Source: Leidyana gryllorum EB-2025a (taxonomy: Eukaryota > Protista > Apicomplexa). Taken from it: 64,000 bases of DNA. The notes under the pieces were generated by a model. That model did not search any database and was not told the DNA's origin. It saw nothing but the letters and a program-made list of their open reading frames with translations. The position numbers and the translations under genes are program-made. The stretch's first letter is position 1; each line of letters opens with the position of its first letter. Positions 48,501-59,764 of this stretch are shown here, one piece after another. The stretch lies in the NCBI GenBank assembly GCA_048772705.1, contig JBLWGC010000126.1, positions 62,001 to 126,000 on the forward strand, given 5' to 3'.

Positions 48501-50397
48501 AATTTGCGCGGTCTGTTGCATTTATGTACGACGTTGGCCGAGAATGTGAGTTCTAATTACACTACGGAGATCAGCCGTTCTCTCTCTGTAGGATGTGACC
48601 AACACATTTCGCCATGGATTAGAGACATTGGATGATCTGATGACTTTGTTGGAGAACAAAGTCAAGCAGATCCGGAACAGTGCCTCGGAAGTTGGTGCGC
48701 TCCAATCCGTTCCGAGTCACTCTCTCACTGTTTTGGTGTTCGATCTCTTATGGGTGGCTTTAGCGCGTTATGTAAGTTGAGCGGGATGGGGGCTACGAGG
48801 GTGACTCGCTTGACGCAGATGGAACAAATTGCGCAACGAACTGAGACTCATCTCCGAGAGACAATCTTCGAACCGCTTCGGAAATCCGAGACTGATATTC
48901 CACCAGAATTTCTTCTGCCAGATCACGCTGCTCGAGTTGAAGAAAGGATACGTTTGTTCAAAGAGGATCTGGAAATCTACACAGAGTTGAGAAACCAAAT
49001 CTTATCCTTCGCCACCGAAACCAGCGAAAGCCTTCGAGCGACATTACCGACTGTCGGTGAGGAAATACAGTACAGCGAAAGGGACAAAGAGGCATTGCTG
49101 CTGGCAACTAACTGCGTCAACACCATTATCAATGCATGTGAGTTCGGAAGAGAGGGTACTGTGTCTGACTGACTGATTGATCTTTGGTGGCCGCAGCTTA
49201 TTTCCGGACTCTCAGTCCCCTGTGGACAAGAATCTCTCGCTTATTCCGTTATCTGCTGAACCATCCAGTGAAAGTGACCCTCACCGATGGTGCTGTTGAA
49301 CATTGCAACAGAGTACTCAGCCTCTCAGATGGCTGTGCGATGAGTTCTGAGGGTAAGTCTCCTTCTCTCTCCCTCTCTGCACATCACTGCGCCAAAAAGG
49401 AGAAGTGGTTCACGAAGTCGCCCTGTTGGCTGACGATTTGAGGCTACGGAGTCGGGAGTACCAGAAGGACATGGAGTCTATGGGGCTGGTGGCAGAACTG
49501 CCATTCCCTTCTCTGACAATGGGGCTGTGGCCTGTCAACAATGCACATCCGGATCTCAACCCATCGCCCTGCGGGATCTCAACTCTTCATCACCTCTATC
49601 GCAATCTGGTGAGTTGACGCATTCCCCTTCGTTTTAGGAAATACTATAAATGTCTCCGTTGTTATCAGCGCTCAGAGAGGGCGGTGACAGAATTTCTTGC
49701 GGGACTCCCGAGTGTGGGAGAGTTGGCGGAAACATTTCATGTCCAACTGGCTGCCGCTGTGTGTCAGCTGCCGGATCCGGCCTTATGGCGCGATAGTTCA
49801 CTCGGTCTGGTGATTCTGCATGGAATGAGCTCGAGATCGATGATCAGTCAGCGGCTCGGAGCTGCTTTCATTGAACGATTAATTCTATACGAGAGGCTAC
49901 AGCGCCAGGAGTTGATCGATGTGAAAGTCGGCGAAGAAGAGCAGGCAAAGCCATTGGTTCAGGAATTACTGTTAGCCACGATTTGGGCTGCGATAAATCG
50001 ATACCGAGACGGCAAAGGGATCAAACACGCACAAACAATTGCCAAAAACTCAGCCATCCACACAATGCAATACTTCCAAGCGCTGGATGATAAAGGCATT
50101 GATGACTTTGTCATGCGGGTGGTGGCCTATGCAACCACTCCACAAGTGACCATCAAGTGTGTTGAAGAGTTGATGACGACAGTGGCATTTCATCTGCTGG
50201 GAGGTCGGCTGAAACGGCGGTGGAAGAAGGAGGTTGCGCAAGCGCGGCTGAACTCTGTATATCAGGCTATTCTGGTACATTGTGCCCGGTGGGCACAAGA
50301 CGAAGAATTCTTGAATGGACTGAAAATATTGCTGAGATGCTGTTACTACCCCGGATCCCCCAAACTCTTCACAGTCATGGTGGATGACGATGAGTAA
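45540..50397 (+). CDS. SCC3: Cohesin subunit SCC3/STAG-like HEAT-repeat protein; multi-exon
   Basis: FQWLGAMVQSTFRPARLAGT, QLDAEK and SRVDDVSWHIQYEAAYFLG resemble the STAG/SCD domains; a large helical protein assembled across successive ORFs. Confidence 0.7.
46775..46858 (+). repeat. 21-bp minisatellite x4 inside SCC3 intron 46762-46952
   Basis: Four tandem copies of tgccgtctcctgtcga(g/c)cg(t/a)g. Confidence 0.9.
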
Positions 50398-50415
50398 ATA
50401 AACTACGTCGTCCTC

Positions 50416-51381
50416 TCAAGGCGACAGGGTATTTCTGGATGAATGCATTTGTCGGTGACCGACCACCCGAACGGAGTGCGCTTTCCGGCTGATACGTGAC
50501 ACACTCTCAGCATCGACCTGAAAAGTGAGGTCAGATGAAATACACAGCGTTCGAGTATCGGTCCCCCTTACATGTGCCATATCCTCTGTGGCTGCTCGAG
50601 TGCCTCCTCGTCTCGAAGACGTGACTGACAGTGCCGCTGTGGTAGCCGCCTCTGATGTCAGACGGTCCACAAAGTCATCGTGCTCATGACTTCGCCTCCG
50701 CTGCTCGGATTTCCTCAAGGCCGATGGGCGACGCTTTTTCTCCACTGCCGGTTGAGCGGGTGGTGGTGGAGGGGGAGGCGATGGTGATGGTGATGGCCGT
50801 CGAAAATTGGCGGCATAGGGATTAGATTTCATAGTATTGAAGAAGAAATCAGCATTCCACTGACCACAGTAAGCGTACCCACACAGCGGCTCATAGTTAT
50901 GGGCAAATTTGGCCTGTCGGATGTGTCCATCACTAGTTGGATGGGGCCGATCGGAGTATCCAATGGGCAAAACGTGCTTGCGAGGTGGCGGTTCATCGGG
51001 GTATTCATAGTCTATGTAATAAGAATCTGTCTCCGGATCGTAGATCTCCACTCTCTGTGAGAACAACGGATATAAATGGACGGGTTGCCGTGGTGGTGGT
51101 GGTGGGGAGCCGCGTAACCGGACAGTAATACGTAATAATCATTTTCCCGCAATGCACGGGGAACTCACTCAACTCACCTGAGGTCGCTCATACCAATTTC
51201 GACGTTCCGTTGCCGCTCTCAGATCTACACCATATCCAATAGGATGTCTGTGGGCAACCAGAGGTTTGCCAAACTCGTCATGGGTGACGCGGGGAGGTCT
51301 CTTATTGTCATTATATCGTCGGGGTTCCAGCAAGAACAACTCGTCGAATGGCTTAGACTCGTATCCCTCCTTCTTGGCCAT
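50416..51381 (-). CDS. Hypothetical protein with an internally repeated PIGY motif and a Pro-rich stretch; multi-exon
   Basis: ORFs 51169-51381 and 50416-51066; donor cag|gtgagt; RHPIGY and KHVLPIGY. Confidence 0.6.
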
Positions 51382-51391
51382 CGCAAAAAAA
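51382..51391. promoter_or_regulatory. 10-bp spacer (CGCAAAAAAA) between two divergent start codons; candidate bidirectional core promoter element
   Basis: CAT at 51379-51381 and ATG at 51392-51394; similar A/T tracts precede most starts in the window. Confidence 0.5.
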
Positions 51392-53009
51392 ATGGAGGGC
51401 TGGCAATGGCTAAGTCCAAGCTGCAGCTCCACCTCCTCCTGGGACTTGAGGCATCTGTTCACTACCCAGAGGGATGAGAATGCGCTTCATATACAGAAGC
51501 TTTGTTGCGTCGAGGTGCCTGGGACTATAGAGGGTACCGGCAAGAGTGTGGTCGCGGCACTGGGCGGGGCTCAAAAGCTCGCCGAGGCATTTGAGGACCC
51601 GAAGGGTGTGCCTCTGATACTGAGACTGAATCCGAAAGACCCGCAGAGCAAATTCCTGCCAGGCCGATACCAGAAAACTGCTGGACTGCTGCTGCGAATT
51701 CGTAAATATAAAAGTGGACGATCGGCTCTGAAGGTGGTTGGCTTCGTTGAGCAGACCTATAAGTTCATTGCACTCTGCGACTACATTCTGGCACCACCTG
51801 ATGAGTCTCGATACCCCCAGGACATCATTCGTACTCTGGAATCATTGAAAGCTCAATGCTCCGCCTCTGAGGGGCACTCCCATCCGGTGACGCCTTCTCT
51901 CGATTCACCAGACGAAGCGGAACTGGCCACGCGCCCAATGGACCCTCACTGCGAGTTCATCCCGCCGCCACTGTATACACGCCAAACGCAAGCGTTCAAC
52001 TATCGCTATCAGGACAACGTGTTCCTGTCCAGCGCCCGGTACTATGCCTTGCCTGAAGAAGGCGCCCCTAACGTGGAAGATGCTTTCGATACAAACGCCA
52101 TATTGAAGGAAGTCGAGAAGTCGATGGGCGGTGATGCCACTGAGCAGCCTCCTGCCGAAGGCAGCGAGGAGGAGGATCAGCCGTTCTTACCCGTGCCACG
52201 GGGAAAAGAAGGACCGTTCAATACTATCGCAAGATTCCAGGATTTGGTATTACCCACTCGGGGAGACAGCGTCGCCGATTCCAAGTCACGTGTTGATGCG
52301 GATTTGATGGCTGAAGTGGAAAGATTGTTCGAACAGCGACCCCTTTGGCAACGAGTCAGTCTTCTGGACCAACTGTCGCAGCACGTAACTGTTTGGAAGA
52401 TCAAACCCGTACTGGCAAGGCTGTGTTTCAATTGGAAAAGTAAGTGGGGAAGTGATGACTGTCGATCCTCTTTTCTCACTCAGACGGGCCGTGGCGAGGG
52501 TGTTTATGTCGTTTTGGTTACGACCCTCGCACAGATCCAGAGGCACGTGTGTACCAAAGCATAGACTTTCGGGATAACCATTTCCGCACTGTCCGACGGC
52601 GGACGCAAAGAGCGCATGGACGGACCACTGTGATGGACGACCCTGTGCTGAACGTGATAGAGGAGCCCACCAACTCGCTGACGGGACGACGGGCAACAGG
52701 GCCAGCCTCTGGGCCCAGCGTTCGTCCTGGGGTACTTGTTTGTAGTACTGATTACCGCTTCACCGAACCCCCAGCTAGACCGTCCCAATTCTATCAATTG
52801 ATAGACATAGAGGATACACTGATCCAAGAACTGCTCAAGAAAGCAGCAGTCTTGCCGACATGTTGCGAACGAACAGGTAAGAAATATTGTGTTTGGCCCC
52901 GTTGAATCTGTGATTGATAGGATGGTATGATGCGTCCTTGTTGGCCCGAGTGCGAGAGTTGATGGCAGCAAAGGTGCGGAGGATGCGTGAAGCAGAATCA
53001 GCTACTTAG
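51392..53009 (+). CDS. GTF3C5: Transcription factor IIIC subunit 5 (Tau95/Sfc1/TFIIIC63); 3 exons
   Basis: VEVPG...ALGG...LRLNPKDP, FIPPPLY, LFEQRPLW, spliced GPWRGCLCRFGYDPR, YQSIDFR and TGWY. Confidence 0.9.
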
Positions 53010-53064
53010 AGTTGAGTGGTGAAGGGGCACGAATCTTTTTAGTCTTGAACAAAAAGTCAATTCA

Positions 53065-54705
53065 ATGCCTGCCAGGGTATCCGGTCGTCGAGTTCGGATT
53101 CCATCTACCTTTCAGCCGGTGCGTGGGATTCTGAAGCCTGGGGCCCACCCCAAACGGACTCGGCCGACGGAAACAAAGTTACAGATCCATCCCGATTACT
53201 TAAGCCCCCCTGTTGCCCGTGCGAGAGCGAGTGCCTCGCCTGTAGACACATGGCAGGAGCAGCCGACAGCCCTGTCCCCCACTCCAACTCTGGGGATCGA
53301 ATCGTGGAACAATCTGCCGGTTCATCCCGCTTACTGCAACTCTCAATGTTCACCTAATGTACCTTGTGGCAACTGCGAAAGTATTGCTATGCGGTTCCAA
53401 GACCTCGAACGCCGTGCTGCCCAAGCCGAGCAAGCCCACGACACTGCCCAGCGAGAGATGACAAAGGCTCGTGAGTATCAGCGCCTCCAGGAAGCTTACA
53501 TTGAACAGCTCAAGCGCCAAACTCACCCACAACAGCAGCAGCAGCAGCAGAATGGTGGATATTCGAGAGGCTCTTCTGCAATGGCGCCACGTTCCCCGAG
53601 TCCAGAAATGTTCACTGAAGTAATCAGAGTACCAATGGAAATTAGAAGACAAAGTTCCACTTCGCCTCCTGAGATCATCAAGTCTACGACTGTGGCCATC
53701 GACGAGACTGAAGCGGCCACTCCCAGTGGTGGTGTCTGTACCCCCACACCGTCCCCGCCAACGCCTTCGTCACTGCCAAAACAAGTCGTTCGGCATGAAT
53801 GGCTCTCCCCCCAATTCCCGACTTCGACGACTCCAGGCACCATTGGAGAACCCACAGGTGGTATAGGTGTCCAAGCCAGGTCCAATACGGTGCCGCCCTA
53901 CAGCGTTCAGCCGTTGGAGTGGACGGGAGGGACCAACAACGGACGGGTCAACCATTTGTATGAGCCGTTGAGGTCTCACGCCCCTCGCTATCAGAGTCCA
54001 TTGGGTCCAGTGCCGGGTCTCAAGCCCGTGGGATATCGTGGGCGGGGTCGATCAGGTTCTTTGGGGTCGTATTCGACAGACTTTGACGAAACCTCCACCT
54101 ACTCGTCGAGCTCAGAGACCACCAGTCTGTCTTCCTCTGTCCGAGGCCGGTCGAAACGTCACCGCCGTCGGCGTCAGCATCGGAGCGGGTCTCCGACGAG
54201 ACGGCGTGGAGGCTCGTCTCGCACGTCTCCTCCTCCTCTGCGTGAGCGCGAACATCGGGAGAAAGGCCGTTCGTCATCGAGGAAGCGGCACCAGAAAGGT
54301 CAGCCCACATATCCTGCGATTGTTGGAGGGACACCGGACAGTCGTCTTCCGCCGATTGATCGGGAGGACAACAACAGTACACCGCCGGGTCCCGCGACAC
54401 CGAGTTTCTCGATGCCGCGGAGTGTGACGTTCGAGGGAGGGCCGCCTGATCGTTCTCCGGTGCCGCGGTGGAGGATGCCGAGTGTGGACGACGTGCCGGT
54501 GGGTCACGCTGTGCCCAGAGGCGGTGGAGATTTGGCAGTGGGCATCGAGGGAGAGGACGAGGAGGCGTTACAGGAAAGGGTGGAGAATCTCAAATACATT
54601 GAAGACGGTTCGATTCTATCTCCAGGCGTTGATAACGCTAGTTATATTACAATTAACAATCTTCGACCACAGTATAACAAGAAGAGAGCGAATTGTTGTC
54701 GCTAG
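53065..54705 (+). CDS. Hypothetical low-complexity protein (coiled coil, poly-Q, S/R-rich) ending in CCR
   Basis: 546-aa intronless ORF. Confidence 0.65.
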   Translation: MPARVSGRRVRIPSTFQPVRGILKPGAHPKRTRPTETKLQIHPDYLSPPVARARASASPVDTWQEQPTALSPTPTLGIESWNNLPVHPAYCNSQCSPNVPCGNCESIAMRFQDLERRAAQAEQAHDTAQREMTKAREYQRLQEAYIEQLKRQTHPQQQQQQQNGGYSRGSSAMAPRSPSPEMFTEVIRVPMEIRRQSSTSPPEIIKSTTVAIDETEAATPSGGVCTPTPSPPTPSSLPKQVVRHEWLSPQFPTSTTPGTIGEPTGGIGVQARSNTVPPYSVQPLEWTGGTNNGRVNHLYEPLRSHAPRYQSPLGPVPGLKPVGYRGRGRSGSLGSYSTDFDETSTYSSSSETTSLSSSVRGRSKRHRRRRQHRSGSPTRRRGGSSRTSPPPLREREHREKGRSSSRKRHQKGQPTYPAIVGGTPDSRLPPIDREDNNSTPPGPATPSFSMPRSVTFEGGPPDRSPVPRWRMPSVDDVPVGHAVPRGGGDLAVGIEGEDEEALQERVENLKYIEDGSILSPGVDNASYITINNLRPQYNKKRANCCR

Positions 54706-54727
54706 GCTGGCTGTTGTCTTTTTTCTG

Positions 54728-55770
54728 TCATCGGCGCGGAAGCCCCGGAGGAGGAGGTGGTGCTCCAAAGCGAGGAGGGGGCGCTGCACTGCGCATCACA
54801 CTAATTCCTGGCATGGAACCTCGCTGGCCTCCCACCATGCCGCCCGGTGTGGGGGCCAACATCATGTCACCCATATCGGCTTCCCTTTGCATGATCTTTT
54901 CTTGTTTCTGTGATTCCGAATGAACAAAGGTGGAATAAGAGAGAAACTTACAATCCGCCACTCTTCTTGCGAGTCCATGTAAGCCATTACACAGACCATC
55001 ACTCCAGCGACGAAGTTAAAACCACAGCCCACCAGAAGGAGGATTCCTGCCGAACCGTACGAGAAATCCGGGTAATGACTCGCCACTCTCAGCTGTGAGA
55101 ACTGAGTGTTGGCCGCATACAGAAACCATCCACTGATTATTCCAGCCATAACACTGGTCCCAAGCCATGCGAACTGAATAAAGGGAACTGGAATGAAGAG
55201 TCGGGTTCAGAAGAGACTCACCTGAAGGAATTGGACACTTTTCCCAAACACGAACAGCCACAGGGAGGCTGTGAGAGATAGGCATGCACCTCCAACGGCG
55301 AACGCCAACACCACAAAGCCGAGCGTCCCCAGCTGTTTATATGCGTTGCATCGCGAAGCGAAGTGAGCAACGCAAGTGGTAGAACACGATCCTTGCCATA
55401 GGTTGATCAACCCGCTGGTAGCGCTCTGGGCTGCTACTTGAGTGTATCCCGAACACACAGAGTCCACTCGTGTGCTCCATGGTTGGACGTCACTGTTCCC
55501 GTTGAAGCCAGTTAGGTATAATCCGAACTTGCTCGGTAAATAGCTTTGAGTGAGTAATTGTTTCCTTGGAATCGACGTTTGATAACGGTAATCGATAGGG
55601 TCGAGGACGACCCACTCCTTCGTGGCGCATCCAACGATCATTAGGATTGAACCCAATACAGCCAGAACGGATGCCAACTTCCAGCCGACGCCAATCTGGC
55701 TGCGCAGCTGCCGGATCCGCGGATCGACGCCTTCTGGCTGCTGAGCTTTTCTGCCTTTCGCTTTGGCCAT
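54728..55770 (-). CDS. CLAMP: Claudin-like 4-TM protein with Pro-rich tail, CLAMP-like (apicomplexan microneme protein); 3 exons
   Basis: Four TMs; first loop QPWSTRV...WQGSCSTTC...R..AY; WLFVFGKS; HYP motif before TM4; PPPPP tail. Confidence 0.7.
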
Positions 55771-55786
55771 TGATGTAACATGTAGA

Positions 55787-56650
55787 CTAATTCTCGGCAG
55801 CGCACATTTCTTCAACCCAATCGTACGTTTGTCGAATGTCACTCAGAACTTGAGCAATGCTCTGATCCTCGAAAACGCTCAATTGTTGTGCGCTCAAATC
55901 GCTCGCATCGCCCGTCACCAGAGGAACTTTCAGCGCAACGGCAGCTTTGAACACCGCCGCATGGGCAATGAGGTCGATAGGATACTGCAGCGCCAGCGGC
56001 CACCGGAAGAAGTCCAGAACAATGCCCAAAGCCGCACTGTGGACGGTGTCGTAGACCTCAGCAGACTGTTCAATCAGTGAGGGGAGGAGGTCATTTATAG
56101 CAAACGCAATGTTTGCAGGGAACAGTCGGTAGTCGGGATTGACTATCCGGAAGCTGACTGCTCGTAAGAGGAGCACCTCGTACAACTTTACATGTTCTCG
56201 CATGAGCGACAACTCTGCCCCTCCATCACGACAAGCCCACATTCCCGTAATCAATCCCGCTTCATGAGCGGGGTTCCGCGACTTTTCGACGGAGGTATTA
56301 CTGCTGTTAGCGGGGTCAACCGCAACTGGAAGTACAAGGGTAGCACCCTCACGTTGAGTGAGAAGGTAAATGCCTCTGACTATGTCACGGATTTTCGGCC
56401 CGTGACGGACGCCTTCGTGGTCCTCCAGATGTTTCCAAGCGAGCGAAAGACACGCAGCACAGAGACTTCTCCGTTCCGTGTAACGTGGACTGAAGACTTT
56501 CAGAGCCCGATGAAGCAAGCCCAGCGCCATGAAAATGGTGTTGAGTGTGAGATTACACCCCAATCCCAGCGAGATGAGGAAGTTTGAGGTACCGTATACC
56601 AGTCGGCGATGTGTCTTGGAGGTCGCCAGTAGCTCATCGGGCTTCATCAT
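55787..56650 (-). CDS. Cyclin-fold protein (transcriptional cyclin K/L/T-like), intronless
   Basis: Cyclin box TIFMALGLLHR...LCAACLSLAWK...YEVLLLRAVSF and second repeat LQYPIDLIAHAAV. Confidence 0.75.
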   Translation of the reverse strand: MMKPDELLATSKTHRRLVYGTSNFLISLGLGCNLTLNTIFMALGLLHRALKVFSPRYTERRSLCAACLSLAWKHLEDHEGVRHGPKIRDIVRGIYLLTQREGATLVLPVAVDPANSSNTSVEKSRNPAHEAGLITGMWACRDGGAELSLMREHVKLYEVLLLRAVSFRIVNPDYRLFPANIAFAINDLLPSLIEQSAEVYDTVHSAALGIVLDFFRWPLALQYPIDLIAHAAVFKAAVALKVPLVTGDASDLSAQQLSVFEDQSIAQVLSDIRQTYDWVEEMCAAEN

Positions 56651-57561
56651 CAGAAAAAAAAATGCGATACATGGAATAGAACGCCTGCTCCATCTCATGC
56701 AAAGTCGGAGCACAGATGATGAGGGAATGTAAGGGACCGCCAAAGTCGGCGTCTTTCAACTCGGCCAGCGTCCCGCTAATGATCCGCTGTGTAGAGCTGC
56801 CCACTCTTGCAACGCCTATACCCTTGATGGATTCCGCACATACTGCACATACAACAACTATTTAACCACCAACCACCCAATTTGTGTCAAGACTCACCAT
56901 CATCGAACTCCAAAATCTGCTCCACCGCCTGGTTCACAGTCATGAAACGCGGGGGTTCGTAGACCCCATTTCGCTTCATCATGTTTTCGACCGTCTGCTC
57001 TTTGACCTTTATGTCCAGCAGCACTAATGTGTGCAAATCTGCCCGCTGATTCTCCAGAATCCGATCGACGAAACTCCTAGGCCGCCATTCCCCGTCGAAA
57101 AATGGAGCTGATACCGTCTGGCCAAACCGGTACAACTGGAGACCCGTACACCCGACCGCATTCATTATCGACGCGTTGTGAATCACTTCCACCTTGATCT
57201 TCATCTCCACTGCCCGCATGTACAGATCAGAGTGAGTTGTAGCCCCAAAGGGGTCGCCAACGACTAAAAACGCCACCTTCTCAGTGAGAGCCTCCTCCAG
57301 CATTCGATCGCACATCAATTCCACGGTTTCACGGTCCGCTTCTTGAATAGTCTTTCCGTACATCTCCTCCTGTGTAAACCGTTTTCCATATTACCCCCCC
57401 TGTTGCTCTGCTCATCTTACCAATTCAGACTTTTGCGAGTCAATCAATACCGACGTATATGTTTCCATATACACCTTGTCCGCGGCTGTCACAGCATTCA
57501 GCCCTTTCACCGTAATGTCATCCTTTCCGCCAAGCCCCAAGCCGATGAGATAGAGCGTCAT
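56634..57561 (-). CDS. DPH5: Diphthine methyl ester synthase; 3 exons
   Basis: [63 protein letters not shown] and [11 protein letters not shown]. Confidence 0.97.
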
Positions 57562-57599
57562 TCCTACAAAATATTTCCTAAGGAAATTATTTTCCCGCT

Positions 57600-58322
57600 T
57601 CACTCCTCCCCCATATCTGCTCCGTCCATGAAGGCATCTTCCGCATCCTCGGCAGCATAATGATCAACGCCGTAATCATCGCCACCGAAGTCCTCTTCCT
57701 CTTCAGGCACGTCTTCTTCCTCTGCGTATCAACATTCACGCTGCGATCACGCTCCTTTCAGAACACTCACCCCCAATGTCATTATCTTCAGTGTCGCCAC
57801 CAATACCCCCTTGCTTCTCTCTCTTCTCCAGATCAGCCCAATTGAAAGCTTTTTTGGAACCACCCAGCCCTTGACGAGCCCTTGGTCGGAAAGTGCGAGC
57901 CAATAGTTCACTAGGAAAGTATTCAGGTCCTGACAGAAACACCGCCGTAGAAAAGTGCGCTCCAGTCCCAGTCTTACCTATGGCATCCACAATTGTTCGC
58001 TTCTGTACATTAGGATCGCGAACATCAGCTTCAAATTGATCGTAGTACGTTTCCATGATCCTTTCAGACGGTGCGTCATGGATAAAGAACTCAGACTCAT
58101 TCCAATGGCGCCGCAGATAGCGGCTGTACACGATCAGCTTGCGGTCCTCATCAGTTAACTCGGGCTTGACTTCACAATTTGGATTGTAGATAAAGGTGTC
58201 AATGGGACGGAGTGGTTGTCCTGCTCAGACGTCAGTCCAAGTCCCAACAACACGAACTTACTCTCAGTACTGAAACCACCCCCGAAACCGCCGCGACCAC
58301 GCCCTCTGCCACGGCCCCGCAT
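57600..58322 (-). CDS. RPC31: RNA polymerase III subunit RPC31/RPC7-like; 3 exons
   Basis: MRGRGRGRGG start, YFPSEL, LEKRE, and a very acidic tail containing DDY. Confidence 0.7.
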
Positions 58323-58357
58323 TAGCTCAAAAAAGAGTGTGCACACGATTTTTGCCG

Positions 58358-59003
58358 ATGCTGCGATGGAGCCTCGGCGTGCTCAGTATTACTGCCAAAT
58401 CAATACCAACCGACTTCCAATCCCTGATAGATCTTGGACACAAAGAACTTGATCGAATAACCACACATCACAATGCCTTCGTGGTATGTGTGTGCTGAGA
58501 GCGTGCAGCACATGATAAGTGCAGAAAGCGTTACATGAGACTTTGCGCGATGTTCCTGAGAACGATGAGCTCTTGAAGGCGCTACCCGCTCGTTTTTCGC
58601 AGCTCAAATGGGGATCAGTAGATCAAATGCTAATGAACCAGGCGCTCTACGACACCGAAGCATTACGAACCCCACCAGGTAGGAGCGTACATGCTTAGTT
58701 TGTGTTGGAAACTCTCATTACTCGTAGAAATGAATGTGGTAAGTACGGCCAGATTTCCTTTTTCGGCCACCCATGGTCGTTAGGAGGTTGTGAGCGACAT
58801 TGACCGATGGCTCCATGACAGCCACTCATCCGACGCGCTGGAGCCGTTGTGGCCAGGTGCGGAAGCCACTGTACTCCATCCCGATGTTCCGGTTTTCGAT
58901 CAAGAACTCGAAGACATTCTAGTAAGTGTTCTTAGTCGATAAGTGAAAAGGCGAGCCTCAGAATCGTATCGAAACCATCGAACGTTTAGCGAAAGGGAAA
59001 TGA
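58358..59003 (+). CDS. Hypothetical multi-exon protein absent from the ORF track, including an 11-nt micro-exon
   Basis: Manual splicing MLRWSLGV...NAFV|KALHE...TPP|EMNV|EVVSD...EDIL|NRIE...K* uses four strong GT-AG introns and stays in frame. Confidence 0.6.
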
Positions 59004-59151
59004 AAAAGAGACACGGAAAGCCCCAATCATGTCCCAGATGGTCTGTGCTATTTCTAACGCACCTCGATATTAGGTGCAACACCTGTTCAAGTAGTTAGTT
59101 CTCTTAGTGTGCTAAGTGCACACCTTTTAGCCCCTGTTGGTCTCTTAATAC

Positions 59152-59764
59152 ATGCCCACAACAATGAAGGCTGGTGACACCTCTGCTGACGTAAGGTCGC
59201 TATCATGTTCATTCAAGCTCTCTCAGGCCCCTAACTGTGCCCCCACACTGTGCGCAGCTGGTTGCGGGTTCTACGGATCCGCATCCACCCGGAATCTATG
59301 TTCCAAATGTTACAAAGAGCAGGTGTCTCGTGGTAAGGCCAATTTGATCACTTGCGACACTCTCCGCAGAGAAGCAGTCCGATGTAATCGCCCCTGAAGT
59401 TCCGCCAGTAACTCCCCTGCCGAACTCAGCTGAACCTGCTCCAAAGCTTGAGCAAGTCGCTGCAGCCAAAGAGGAGCTTCAAAGAAAATCGGAACCTGCC
59501 TCCGAGGTGGGAAAGCAGGTGAGTCGCTTGGGAGAAGCACTTTTTGACTACTGAGGACAGGAGGAGCGCGTCCCAGGTCGTTGCTGCGCTTGCAATAGAA
59601 GAATTGGATTGTTGGGCTTCCCTTGTCGCTGTGGCCGCAGCTTCTGCGCACAGCATCGATATCCCGATTCCCACAATTGTGATTTTGACTTTGGCACGTA
59701 CGAGAGAGGTCGTTTGGCCAGGTCAAATCCGAAATTAGTGGCGGAAAAGCTGGAGAGGATATGA
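59152..59764 (+). CDS. A20/AN1 zinc-finger protein (ZFAND5/6, SAP family); 4 exons
   Basis: A20 finger [24 protein letters not shown] and AN1 finger [37 protein letters not shown]...[11 protein letters not shown]. Confidence 0.93.
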
